From Azolla caroliniana (lineage: Eukaryota > Plantae > Polypodiophyta), in the NCBI GenBank assembly GCA_043228905.1, contig JBHGNT010000011.1, forward strand, positions 15,438,001 through 15,502,000: a stretch of DNA of 64,000 nucleotides, written 5' to 3'. Below the pieces are notes generated by a model. That model searched no databases. It worked only from the letters and a program-made list of their open reading frames with translations, and was not told the origin of the DNA. Positions 49,206-62,973 of the stretch are shown piece after piece; the stretch's first letter is position 1; each line of letters starts with the position of its first letter. The translations under genes and the position numbers were made by a program.

Positions 49206-52200
49206 AGAATCACATACTCTTTAGCTTTCGTCCATGCTTTGTGAATATATATTGAGGGGTAAAAAATTGGGGTTGGCATGTGAACAATTATGTTGAATAT
49301 GCTTGAGAACTAATTTGAGGTGAGCTCATCAGTTTTCCATGTGATGTCTTTGTGAGAATGAAGATATCATTTAAACGTTTTCTTTCACGTGAATAAATAT
49401 GGCCAATTCTTAATTTTTCCTATTATCCAATGAAAAATAACCAAGAGAGCAACGTTGTGGGAGAAACTTCAATAACGTTAGAATTAGAGAGCATAAAAGA
49501 GAAAATTGCATGTATGGGTGACACCCCATATCAAAATGTTGGAAAGATCAATTGTACCAAAGTGAAAAAATAACCACCCCACATTTTCGCAATCAACCCA
49601 GAACAATAACTTATCATTCCATTTTCTTGATTGATTGGCTTTAGGCGTTGTAGATTGTGTTTGCCAACCAAGAAAGGAACAACCACATGAGCAACATACC
49701 CATGAATATGTTTAACCTTGCAAAGGAATAACATTGGCATTTCAAGGAAGACTTAGATGTGAAAAGAAAGAGAAATCACATAAGATAGATGACCATAATT
49801 TGACATGTAATGTTGGGATCACACATATTTATTCTGTGCTATAATTGTTGAAAACTTGTGCATAGATTGAATATATATACGAATGGTTTCTTATTTATGG
49901 ATGATTGATCGCTCCCCAAATTCCAAGCCATAGGGTTGTCTAGCTCACGTGAATGAAAACCAAATGGAGGCATTTCAAGTGTGAGATAAAGCATGAAGTT
50001 TTCTTCCATGTATCTTGCGATATTGATAACCGATAATTTGGAGAGGAGAAATATTTTTTAGCACTAAGATGACATCTAGAGGTAGCTAAAGTACCGCCTC
50101 AAGGACATACAAATTGTTCTCACACAAAAAGCTGCCCTTTAGGGCTAGTTTGGTGGGGTGCTCGAATGGAAATCCATGGCAATGGTGCGATGCAAAATGA
50201 TTGGGCTGCATTAGACGAACAAACCACACAATACTAAATTTGAATTTTGTGCACACCAATCAAGTTCAAAGCTTTCCCTCGTATCGTGTGTGTACAAATA
50301 CTAACAATACTCTTTTTCTTCTTCTTCTTTTTTACTTTCAAATAACCCCTTCTATGGATGTATGCACGTTTGTTTTCAATCACAAAGGCATGCATGTAAT
50401 GTAGATTGGGGTGGGGTCTCGGCTCTGAAGGCATATATGTGTGGAAGGGGATGGTGGAGCTCTTTCCAAGTACATAAGGACGAGGAGGAGAATGAGTAAA
50501 AAATAACCGTGTGTGTGGTCCGTGGAGTAAGTAAGTTGTGGTGGTTTCATGGAGAGAATGTTTGTTAAGGTTCTCTTGTACATATAAAATGTACATACAT
50601 ACATATATGTACATATATGGAGGAGGGAACCAACATTTAAATTCTAACCACAAATGTAGGAGAAGGGGGGGGGGGGGGGGGGGGAGGTAAAAAATATGCA
50701 CAAAAACATGAGGTATGTACATAATTGAATAGTTAGGGTTAGGGTTAGGGTTTAGGTGGGTGTAACTAACCATGGTTATGTGTGGATCTAAATTAATAAT
50801 CATTTCAGAAGATCTAGAATTAAATAAAAAACTGACACGAAAAAATAGAAGAAGAAAACACGATGGGCAGCATATCATACATACATCAAAGGTTTTGACC
50901 TTTGAAATTCAATAAATAAATCTCTCACAAAAGAATCAGAAGCATCACATACACATACACACACACAACGCCGGAATTAAATGCTTTCCTCCCCCCCCCC
51001 AAAAAAAAAGGAAGAAAAAAAAGACATTTAAACAAATAACAGTGGGAAGAAAAAGAAGAAAGTAAACGTAGAACACACGAATTTAAACAAAAAAAACAGA
51101 GGAAAATAAATAAACAAGTAGATAAAATAAATAAATAAATAAATAGACGTAGATGATCATAATTTCCTCCCCCAATACTTTTGAAGATCCCGACTTAGTT
51201 ATAAATTATAATAATAACTAAATAAATAAATGAAATACATATGCCTCTCCAAACGAATGAATAAAAAAAAGGACCCCCAAAAGTAAAATAAATAAATAAG
51301 GAAAAGGATTTTCGAAATTGTCGCAAAATTTCTATGCCTTATTATTTATTATTAAAAATTTGGCAGAGAGAAAAGAAGAGATTTTCAGCAATTTGTTTTT
51401 TTTTAAAATAAAAAATGCGAGGAAAGAAATTTAAAAAAGAAGGAAAAACAAAACAAAACCCCAAATAACAAAAAAGAAAAAAAGCACAAAAATGGATAAA
51501 TAAAATAAAATAAAATAAAAAAATAAAAAAATAAACAAAGGCAAATTAATTCATAAATGAATGACTGAAGGCTGACAGTGGGAAGAGGAAAGCGATCGAT
51601 CAGGTATATCCCCAAAAACAAAAACAAAAACAAAAATAAAACTGGATAACGAAATAAAATAATTAATTAATTAATCAATTTAATAAATAAATAAAATACA
51701 ACAACCCACTTCCTTCAACTACCTAAACGAGAAATATAAATATATAAATTTATATAAATTTATATATTTCTAATTAAGGGAATAAAATTCCTAAACGAAA
51801 TAAAGAAATTCAAACAATTTTCAAAAAAAAATAAATATACTTCCCCATATTTATTCCCCCCTCTCCTCTGTCTCTGTCTCTCATACAAATTTCTGAGTAT
51901 TCTCTCTTCTCTCTCTCTCTAATCCTCTATACTTCTGATGAAAATTAATACAAATTTGTTATATTGAAACTCTGCAGATTCGATCTCAATCTCATTTCAA
52001 TTCGACTCTTCCCCTTCCACCTCCCCCTTTTTCCTTCACTGATTCCTCTGTTTCTCTTCATCACCATCTCCATCTCCATCTCCATCTCCATCTCCATTGT
52101 CCTCCTTCTTCAATGATTCCCTGCCTCCGATGCAAAAGAAGAAGAAAAAGAAACAGAAGCAGAAGCAGAAGCTCGACCCTTCCCTTCTTCTGATTTCTGA

Positions 52201-52375
52201 ACAATCCATCCACTTCTTCTGATTTCCGAACAATTTCCGTTATCGATTTTCCTTCTCCCAAATATCTATCTGATCATGTATAGATAGATCCTTCTGATTT
52301 TCCTTCATCTCTTCCGTTGTGTCCTCTTTCATTGTTTACTGCATTCTGATTTGAGCAGGCAGTAGTCTTCTTCTG

Positions 52376-53002
52376 ATGATGATGATGAAGAAAACAGCAA
52401 CAACATTATCATCATCATCATCAACAACAACACCAACAGAAGCAGCAGCCATAGCCATAGACACAGCCACAGCCACAGCCACAGCAAGAAGAGGAGGAGG
52501 ATTAGGCAACAGCAAGTCGGGTGGAGGAGCAGCCATGGCAGCAGGAACTTACAGGAATTCCAATCCAGGCCCTGGAGATGGAGGTGGAGGTGGAGCTTCT
52601 GGTGATTCCAGGGATGCAGAGGGGGAGAGCGTGGTAGTGGCAGTGAACGCGTCCAAGGAGATGAACAGGCACGCCCTTGACTGGTCCCTTGCCAACATCC
52701 CTCTCCACCCTGGGGACCATCTCACCCTCGTGGCCCTCCTGCAGGCTCCATCCCAAGGTTCAATTTCTTCCATTTCTCGCCTCAATCCCTAATCTTTCTG
52801 TCATCAACATATACTTCCACAATGTCTAATGCCAATGTCTGTGCAATATCCATGTAATGCATTGCTTTCCATTTGTGTATGCAATGAATTGCAATGTCTG
52901 TGCATATCTATGTAATGCATCTCCATATATATACATTGCTTTCCATTTGTGTATGCAATGAAATTGTATGCATTTCTGTACTATTGCTTGATTCCTAAAC
53001 TG

Positions 53003-53065
<63 letters not shown>

Positions 53066-56000
53066 GTCTCTGATCCTAAATCTCATGTTTCCTGATTAGC
53101 ATTTCCGAATCATCTTGCACAAATGTTCTGATATGTGTCTGTGTGTGTGTGTGCGTAAAAAAAAAACTATTTTGCAGGAAGAATGAGGCTGTGGGGTTTA
53201 CCCAGGTTAGCAGGGGATTGTGCGAATCGATCAAGCAAAGGAGGGAACAGGAAGAGAGATATGGAGGAGGAGATGAAAGACCTCTACATCTTCACACTGC
53301 AACAGATCCAGAGTCTCTGTGATTCCAAACAGGTATCTTCATGTATGCCTACCTATATGTTCCAATTTTTCATCATGTTATTGCCTAAACCAATCAATGC
53401 TACACCCAAACAACATAAAATCCGAATACTTAATGCTAAATAGTAAAGCCAAAAAATCAGATTCCTAAACAGGAATCTCCAAACAATAATGCCTTAAACA
53501 GTGATCCCTAAATCTCATCACTTACCCTAAACCTAAACACCAAACCCTAAGCTTTAACCTCCCCCTAAACCAATGAATTCAAAACCATTCTTAAGCATAA
53601 ATCCCTGGTTTCTTTCATATCATCCACTATACTACTAACTCTCTCTTCATCTCCACCCACATGTATTTCATAGGTCAAGGTTAGTGTAAGGGTGGTCTCA
53701 GGTGCTTGCAAAGGAGCAGCTGCCATGGAAGCTCAGAAAGTAGGGGCCACGTGGGTTGTTCTAGACAGGTGAGCTTTTCATTGCCTTTTCTTTCTCTTGT
53801 TTTAGTTGTTTTAATGCATTAAGAATTCTGTGTTGTAATGTTTCCTTATTATTTGTGGTACATTTTTGGTCATGTTTTCCTACAATCTCACCGGGCATTA
53901 TGAGCATTCTGTACTGTATTTTGTGGTGCATTATACCTCTCATATTCCCTTGCAATGCTCAACATTATCAACTACATTTGCATCAAAATTCCTATATATT
54001 GTGCCTTGTGTTTTCTGAGATAGATTGCACGCAGTCTGGAGTGTTCCCACATGGAAACATATGTTGCCATATCCTCATATTGATCTATATTGTAAGGTTA
54101 ATTCCTGAAGTTTTTTGTTTATTGGTAATTTGTGATACATTCATTAAGTCGCGTTTTGCAAGATGAAAATCTCTGAAGGCTTCTTGGGCTGTATCCTTTG
54201 TTAATGGTTACCAGCCAACTGAAGAAAGAAGAAGCCAAGTGTTGTGTGGATCAGCTTCAATGCAATCTGGTCATAGTGAAGCGGCAAGATGCGAAAATCC
54301 TTCGTCTTAACCTCATGAGGTCCTCGGAGATCAACTCAAGGAATGTGGAAACAATTCCACACCCAAAGTGTACACAACCGTCAACGAACATACAAGAAAC
54401 CCGAGCACCTCCTGATTCATCAGCACATAGCATTTCAGAAGAACCCAATTCCTCAAGCAGCCCTGAAGTTAGAACACCTTTCACTGTAACTGACAAAGGT
54501 ACTTCCTCTGCCACCAGCTCAGATCGGGGAACATCTCCGGCCCTCTGTACCGAAGCTGCTGTGAAAACATATACAAATCCTGGAGATTTCGGACCTTTGA
54601 CTATTGAAACTGATACTGATTCGGAGTATGAGCCTTCTAAGGATGAATGTAGTGATGAAGAATCATGCATCAATGTGAGAATCCCAGTTTCCAAAACCGC
54701 TAATGCAAGCCCTGATCTGTTTTATTCCAAACGCGCTTATGATAACATTCCTCTACAGCATATGTGGCCAGATTTTGGCATAGCAAATGGTAATACTTAG
54801 CACATTTCCCTTTACCTTTGCTTAATTTAATCCTAAACCCTTACTTATTCTATACTTTTTAACCTTGTTAATGATTCCTCAATGTTGCAGCACATAAAGA
54901 AGGGCTATATTCGATGGATCCATGGATGCAGATGGCCAAAACAAGGCCCAACTCCGGAAATGCTACACCAAAAGTGTTTGCCCAACATCAAGGAAGGTTG
55001 TCAACGCCAACATCTCCTCTAGGATCATCAAAGAAGAGGCTTTCTGGAAGCTCTAGACTTTCCTTCAGTATGAGAGAAAGCTTGGCAACAGAGGCAATGA
55101 GACTAAATTCTTCATCTAATAGGCAACTGCCTTCCAAGCTTAGCACCAACTCTATGAAGATGCTTTTCGATAAAGATCCTAAGAACTCATGGTCAAAGAG
55201 AATGTTGGCCACAGATGACCTCCTAGAGAAGCTCTCTAAATGGAATCCAGAGCAACGATTAGAAACAGAGGACGGCGACTATTTCATGAAATTAAAGGGT
55301 GTAGATCTTGAGCGAACATCAAGTGTGAGAAGGGCAGTGTCCTTATCTAAGCATACTCCTCCGGGTCCTCCACCATTATGCTCTATTTGTCAGCACAAAG
55401 GTCCAGTGTTTGGGAAACCTCCTAGAAGGTATACATATGCTGAATTAGAGCTTGCGACCGGAGGCTTCTCTACAGCAAACTTCCTTGCAGAAGGAGGTTT
55501 CGGATGTGTACATAGGGGTGTTCTTCCAGATGGTCAAGCTGTGGCAGTTAAGCAACATAGGCTTGCTAGTTCACAAGGTGATATCGAGTTTTGCTCAGAA
55601 GTAGAAGTTTTGAGCTGTGCACAACACCGCAATTTGGTGATGCTCATTGGTTATTGTATTGAAGACAAACGCCGGCTCCTCGTCTATGAATTTGTCTGCA
55701 ATGGATCTCTTGACACTCATCTTTATGGTATGGTATACATATTTTCCTCTTCATATATTGTTTCTTAATGTTTGGGAACCAACTCCATGAAATTCAGCCA
55801 TTGCATTGCGAGTTCTCCGGATTTCATTGTTAAATTAAGGGTCAGACACCTTGTGAAATCTCTTCATTATGATGCAATCTCTGGAAGCTCTTTGTTAGAG
55901 ATATACTTATTAGCTCATCATTGTAAATCATTCTGGTGTGGACATAGATCTAGGGTTTTGTAATTAGATAGGGTTAGCTAGTCTTTTAGGTTCATCTGGT

Positions 56001-57638
56001 TTACCATAATTCATGTACAATATTGTTAATCATTTTGAAGGGCGGGAGAAGGGTTGCTTAGAGTGGGCAGCACGTCAGAAGATTGCTGTTGGTGCTGCTC
56101 GGGGTCTAAGATATCTGCATGAAGAATGTCGGGTTGGATGCATTGTCCACCGTGACCTGAGGCCGAACAACATTCTTCTTACACATGATTTTGAACCAAT
56201 GGTAAAATTACTCTTCATTTCGACGTCATTCTCACCGTCTTTTCTTTCTATGAACACATCTCTGATGGATATATTCTTTGCTTCATCATTTATTCATTCA
56301 TTCATTTAGGTTGGTGATTTTGGATTAGCAAGATGGCAACCGGATGGTGATCTTGGCGTTCAAACTCGAGTTATTGGAACATTTGGGTAAATAAAAAGCA
56401 TTTGAGCATTTCATTAATATAATTAAACACTACTCTCCCCAACTCATTTTGCGATACATGATGAAAGTTTTGATGCAGCTAACATGTGTGTATAAATGAA
56501 ATAAATACAGGTATTTAGCCCCTGAATATGCTCAAAGTGGGCAAATTACCGAAAAAGCAGATGTCTACTCATTTGGAGTGGTGCTATTGGAGCTTGTTAC
56601 GGGGAGAAAGGCTGTAGATCTGAATCGTCCGAAGGGCCAACAATGCCTTAGTGAATGGGTAGGGTTGCATTTCTATCTCATCATGGGAAGATCAAAAAAA
56701 TATAATTACTGCAATGTGTTATAATGCTGGATTAAACAATAACGAGATTTGTGTTGAATTCCTAGTCTAAAACAATCATGTAACTTGAAACCAACGAGGT
56801 CTTAACCGTGTGAGCTAAATTGATAGCACAATATGTTAAAACATTGTTGGATTGTTATATTGTAATTGGTTCTTTTATATTGCACAAAATTTTGGTGTTG
56901 CGACATATTGCATTAGATTCTTTCTGGAATTTTGAGCAATGTTTTGTATTTAAGTTTTTTCCATATGGTTTTTTTTATTACTTGTGATGGATGATGTTGT
57001 GCACTTGCAGGCACGACCAATATTGGAAGAAAACGCAACAGAACGACTAATTGATCCTCTATTGAATGGTAATTATTCAGATCACGAAGTTTATTGCATG
57101 TCACATGCAGCTTCTCTATGTATACGGAAAGACCCGCATCATCGACCTCGGATGTCCCAGGTACATAAGCATATATAACAATTGCCTTTGATGCTCATTT
57201 GCTCATATAATGGGGCATTGAATGTCCATTTTCATAAGTTTACTGATCTAACCATCCTGCATATGTAATTGATGCTTTGTATGTTGCAAATGTATGTATG
57301 TATAGGTCTTAAGGATGCTTGAGGGTGATGTGGTGATAGATAAAAGTGGGTCATCCACACCATTCTATGGAAGTAGAAAGATAGGATATGATAACAGTAG
57401 TAACACTATATACGGTAGCCGAAGCAGCCGAATGTTCAATGAATATGCAGTGAATCGAGCGACAGGTCTAGCTTACTCTCAATGGAGGGATTTCAATCAT
57501 CCATCACTACCAATGGAGTCACTCACAATTGGGACCAATGGCAACAAAACTGTCAGTAACATGTCCTATGAGGCATTGAAAACTGCATACAAGGATAGGT
57601 GCAACACAAGGAGACTCTCTTATGAAGACATCATATGA
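52376..57638 (+). CDS. Receptor-like cytoplasmic kinase with N-terminal USP (adenine nucleotide alpha-hydrolase-like) domain, At3g13690/At1g55200-type; 10 exons
   Basis: Exons 52376 (or ATG 52535)-52757, 53178-53332, 53674-53768, 54215-54789, 54891-55727, 56041-56201, 56310-56386, 56511-56658, 57011-57160 and 57306-57638. Motifs [79 protein letters not shown]. Start codon uncertain. Confidence 0.94.
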
Positions 57639-58620
57639 AAAAGAGTTTTTTTCTTATGATGTGTGTCTTGTTTTTGCCTCTCCATAGTTTTTTGTACACT
57701 ATGCATAATGCCATATAAGTTTTGCCCCACCATTTGATTTCCCTTAGGAAATGTAAAAATCACAAACATCCTTTATTCCTAATGTAATATATACACATAA
57801 TTTTCAATCTGTCCTTTCCCCTCCCAAATGTTTTTCAATCACAATTGCAGTGTTTGCTTCTTCTTTTTTGTCATCGTAATGTTTCTACTCCTCGAAAAGT
57901 GTTCAGACTTTTTCTCGGGGTTTTTCTACTAGAGTTTGTCTTTGCACATCTTTTCACCTGATTGTACGTGGTACACAGAAATGTTTTGGAACAAGACACT
58001 ACGAGCGAAGCACTACCTAGATGCACTCTGCATTTTTGTGCTCTTCAATTTGAAATGATTGGCTTAAGACCCAATTGCTTCTTTGTTGTTGGGCTATTGT
58101 TTTGACACTAGTAGTAAATAGTTAAACTTGGAATAGAGACAACATTTTTTACAGTGTATTTTGAATTGAGTAAATAAAGTTGTGGCATAGGTTTCTCAAA
58201 ACCACAATGCATGTCTCCGTCAATGTACAATGTTTTCAATGTATGATAATAGTTTTATATGATGACGATCATTAAAAAAAAGTGACATCATTTCAATATA
58301 AATATGAATGGATAAAGAAGGTTAACATTGATATGAATGAATAATCCATACAAACAATTTTGAGACTTGATGATCATATACAATTGACAATATGCATAAA
58401 AGATATAAAACATGTAACAAAGAGAAAATATAAAAGATATCCCTAGCAATACCTCCTTTACTTTAACATTCTGAACTAAATTTTGTTTGAGAGTTTATTT
58501 TGATATTTTTTAAAACACAATGAATGTTATTGATATTTTGCTTGGTGAAATAATCTTAAGTGTAATTTTATTTGGTAAACAATGGTGATTTGGTTCGTGG
58601 TTGGTTTAATGTGTACATGC

Positions 58621-58650
58621 CAAACCCTAATCCCTAAACCCTAAACCTAA
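58621..58650 (+). repeat. Short interstitial telomere-like tract
   Basis: caaaccctaatccctaaaccctaaacctaa; similar tracts at ~1965-2000 and ~53505-53570. Confidence 0.7.
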
Positions 58651-61600
58651 TGTTGTAAAAGGAGACTAGAGAACCCCCACCTAGCCATGGTCAACGAGTC
58701 TCTCCAACAAAACTTGCATGTTTAACGATAGGGGGATCAATAAAACAAACAATGAGTAAATTGGACGTTCAAAGATAGAGTAATGGCTTCTAGAATATTT
58801 TGTCCATATTTGTAAATTTAAGAAAGGATTGGTCTGAAATTAAGAGAGGCTGTTTTTTTAATTATAAATTATATTGGCCCTATATATTTAAGACTATATG
58901 TGCAGTTTGAGGGAATGATTGGCCTAAAATTGAACATAATATTTTTATAACAAGTTAAGAGTTCTAGAAACTTCAAAAAACATTTATATAGTTTGGAAGC
59001 ATCTTAACCACCCTAATAAGGATGTTGAATAGCCTTAGCCTATAAAAATCACTCAAGGAGAGAGGGGGGTAAGATACGATGAGTCAATGGAGTAAAGTGA
59101 AGGAGAAAGCAGTAGTGTTACGGAGCCAAGTGAGGAGGAGGAAGGAAAAGATACTGACTAGAGAGGCAATAAGTGGGTGAAAACATAGAGTTGCATGTGA
59201 CAAAGAAACATAAGGTGACAAAGAACTTTCCCCCCTCAATCAATGATCTAGCATTTGAATCTCCCTCCTTTCACATGTATGAGAGGTATAAGTTAAGACA
59301 TTTTACATTCTTGAGACGATTAAAAGTGTTATTGTTTTAGGTGGTATAACATTGATATATTCGAAGTAATCACTACTTATTGTCGTTTCTATGCTAACAT
59401 ATTTCATGATGATCCACAAACAAAGCATTTTTGGGTCCTCTTTAGCACTCCCAAAAAACTTCTATTGATTCCTAGGTCATCAACACGTTTCTAATTCTTT
59501 GTAAGATTTCTATTCCATTGTCGTCGGTTTGTTGGCTCGTTACCAAGTATAAATCAACGGAATGAGAATCAATTAAGATTATTCAACAAGCATGGAAACT
59601 ACCTCCATGAGGTCAATGCGAAAAAAAATTAGAGGGTCTTAACAGCAGGGAGATGGAAAATAGTAATCAATTTACAATTTGTTGGTAAAAAAGGTGTTTG
59701 CTTCATCCTTTTTGGCATCTATTCCACATAGTATCATATTGTTTCCCCAACTACCTTGATCTCCCCTTGGATAAAATCCCAACCAGTGCCTACATGATAG
59801 CGTGCAATTCCCAGTAGGAGTTAGACCAAGACATACTTAGGTTACATGTTTTGCCTATTTAATCATATGCATGTATGCATGCAACTATAACCAACATGTC
59901 TCTCAGGAAACCTCTGAGTACTTCATTAAATCATATGGTCTAATCTTCAATCTATTTGAGGAAAACATAGGCAACTTTTCTCGTATTGCACCAAATATAA
60001 TAAATAGTTAGTCACTCTTTCCTAATTCTCAAATGCACAATCACTCTTATCTACTATTTATATACAAGGGAAACCAAATACGAATTAAGTTGATTAGATC
60101 ACTATACAACTTGTTTATTTTGGGATTTTTATTTGATAGATTTCAAAGTTTCCTACAGAACAATTGCATTCAAACTCTAGTGGAAACTCTTTCACTATTG
60201 GATACTCCCATGTTTTTCCCATTCAATGAGTTTTATGCGAATTTTCAATAAGCTTTCAAGCTTCCATGTGTCTTTTACAAGTTGTTAACTAACTTAAATC
60301 TTGATAGCATTTAAATCTTCTTGATTTCGAATGTGCAGATCTTTCAAATGTTCAACTTCTTTATTTCCTTATACATACGGGAAACTCCCAACATACTCCG
60401 GAGTCCGTACCACTTGAAAACACTCAAGTTTAAAATGTGAGAGGCTTTTATTGAGAATAACAAATAAGCATTGTATTGTGAGGAATGGTAACTACCTAAA
60501 TCTAATGGATTAAATTATTCTCTATCTACAATTCCACAATAATATGAAAACTAATTGGTGTACTTAAGTCTAAAGCTTTGTAACTAATGCAACACTTTGC
60601 ACAAAGACCAACGAAAAATAAATGCTTATCATTAATTGAGCCCTCTTATAATATTCCCATGTAGAATTTCCTTACTGTCAATTATATGCATATGGTTGAT
60701 GACTTCAAGTTCATAATGTCGAGATCAACATTTTACATTGTCATGGTTTACCTTCACATAATACCTTATCTTATGTCGAACCACTCATCACGTTTCTATA
60801 TTTGAATTTTTGTCAAGGATGCATTTGGCATTTGGTGTCAAATTTACGTGTTGTTAAATTGCAAAAATACAAAAGTTCATAACAAAGTACACCATGGATA
60901 AGAGAATACACATGCATATATATTCAACATAGTGCCAAAGTGTGCCAAAGTGAGATTGTTACATACATATACATATACATTAGTGAGTGAAGTGAAAAGA
61001 CTGGCCTTAAAATAATACATTCTAAGGCTCCCTTTACACAATTGGTTGTCAATTGTCATACCCAAGAACCAACCTATCTACCATAATTAATACACACTCA
61101 TTTTCGTTGACCACACATGATAGGGACTTCTAGGGAGGGAGATCTAAAATCTCACAGGTATGGGTTCCCTACCACCCTAGTTTAATTGGAGAACAATCAT
61201 TTACTTTTTGAGGGGTGAGCAATGATTGTAGAGGAGACAAGAACCCTTGTATAAATCATTATGGTAGGCCTTGAGAAGGTGGTGATAAATTGAGTGTGTT
61301 ACTATAATATATGTCTCTGTACTTGGATTAGGTATTATATAAAGAGTAGTATGATATTAACCTATTTGAGTGCTAAGCAGTTATGGGTGGCTCTAACCAT
61401 TTGGCGTTAAATCATTATCAAGGTGATGTAGTGTCCTCGGTGGAACCTGAGTATGAGAGGAACATATGAAGACTCTTCTACCATTTGTAGGAGTTTTCTC
61501 CCTTAGTTGTTTCCTCAATCTCGACCATTAGAGTCGACTACCATTGTCTGAGACCTTCCTTAGAACCAATAAGATGGCACAAGGTGACCATGATGTCACA

Positions 61601-62229
61601 AACTAATCTAATGGATGTTATTCAACTATGGTAAATCCCTCACACATTTATACTATGTCATCTTGTGGTGCATCGCACCAAGTGCACCTCTTTGTTGTGG
61701 TTATAGTTGTCCCCCCTTGTGGAAATTATATGTGACGGGGTCCAGGTTATGGTATACTCTATTGATGGTGAGTTGACTGAAAGCGGTTATGAATTGCTCT
61801 CGAACCGCTTGCCTTGCTTACCATAATTTCACAAACTCTCACTCTCACCTCACTAAGGAAACTCTAATAAAGAAGTACTCCACACACACACATGAATATA
61901 AGAGATTAGTCATAGTATTGTTCCCACCTCGATTAAGTAAAGGAATCAACACAACAAGTATAAAAGGAGGAGGGTTTGGCTAAATAACACTTAACGCTAA
62001 TTTCTCAATTCATTATTGTATATGATAGAGAAGAGAGGAGGGAGATCTAGCTTAGGTTAAAAGGAGACAAAACTAGGGACTCAAGAAGAATAGGTAAAAA
62101 GTCACGAAAGTAATTTTTATGGCTCATTTACAAAAAGGTTGTCCCCTTCACATAGGGGCATCTATTTGGTTTAAAGTTGTAGAGTTGATTTTGTTCTATC
62201 CCCCTTTTTCTTGGTTGTGTACTTAGTGT

Positions 62230-62924
62230 AGTATTGACGTTGATGTCTTCATGGATCATGTTATGTATGCCATGTACTTAACACATACAAACATCCCAAC
62301 ATTGGCTATAACATTGACAACTAAGGGGGCTCCCATATTACACTCGAGGACCACTTAATGATCAGGTGCTTCAACCACACCACCACACCTAATGACAACA
62401 GCACTAACACCATTTTCAACATGCCCCGTGACACTTGCATCAACACTCAGCCAAAGGACCTCCCCAAACCCATTACATTGCATATGCCTTCCTTTTATAA
62501 CCACATTCCCCAATTGTAGTAGGCTACCAACACACTTTTCCTATGCATCCTGTTAGGAAACATGTCCCTCCGGATGGGAAGTGAGAAGAACAGTGTTGAT
62601 GAGCAAACTCGGTCGAGGCCAAAACCGGATGTGGAGTACCCGGCAACGGAAGACCCGGTGAGAATCGGATGTGGAGTACCCGGCAATGGAAGACCCGGTG
62701 AGAACCGGATGACGAAGTACCCGGCAAAAGCCGGATGGCGAAGGCCCGGTGAGAAGTGCTCACCGGATGAAGGGACATATTCGTAAATATGTTTTCTGAG
62801 AGTCCATCGGGGCTATATTTGTAAATAGCCGAAAAGTCATATTGGTATAAATATGACTTAGGGCAAACTTAGTGGTGTTGTTGTTGTCATTCTTGTTGGT
62901 GCAAGATTAGAGTGCGTAACTGTG

Positions 62925-62973
<49 letters not shown>

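Noticed and set aside
50234-50878. 214-aa minus-strand ORF and neighbouring low-complexity ORFs at 51.4-52.3 kb
   Set aside because: Translations of homopolymers and microsatellites in the kinase promoter and 5' leader.
56146-56172. Non-canonical catalytic loop HRDLRPNN in the kinase
   Set aside because: HRD(M/L)RPNN is characteristic of this USP-kinase subfamily and is not a novelty of this locus.
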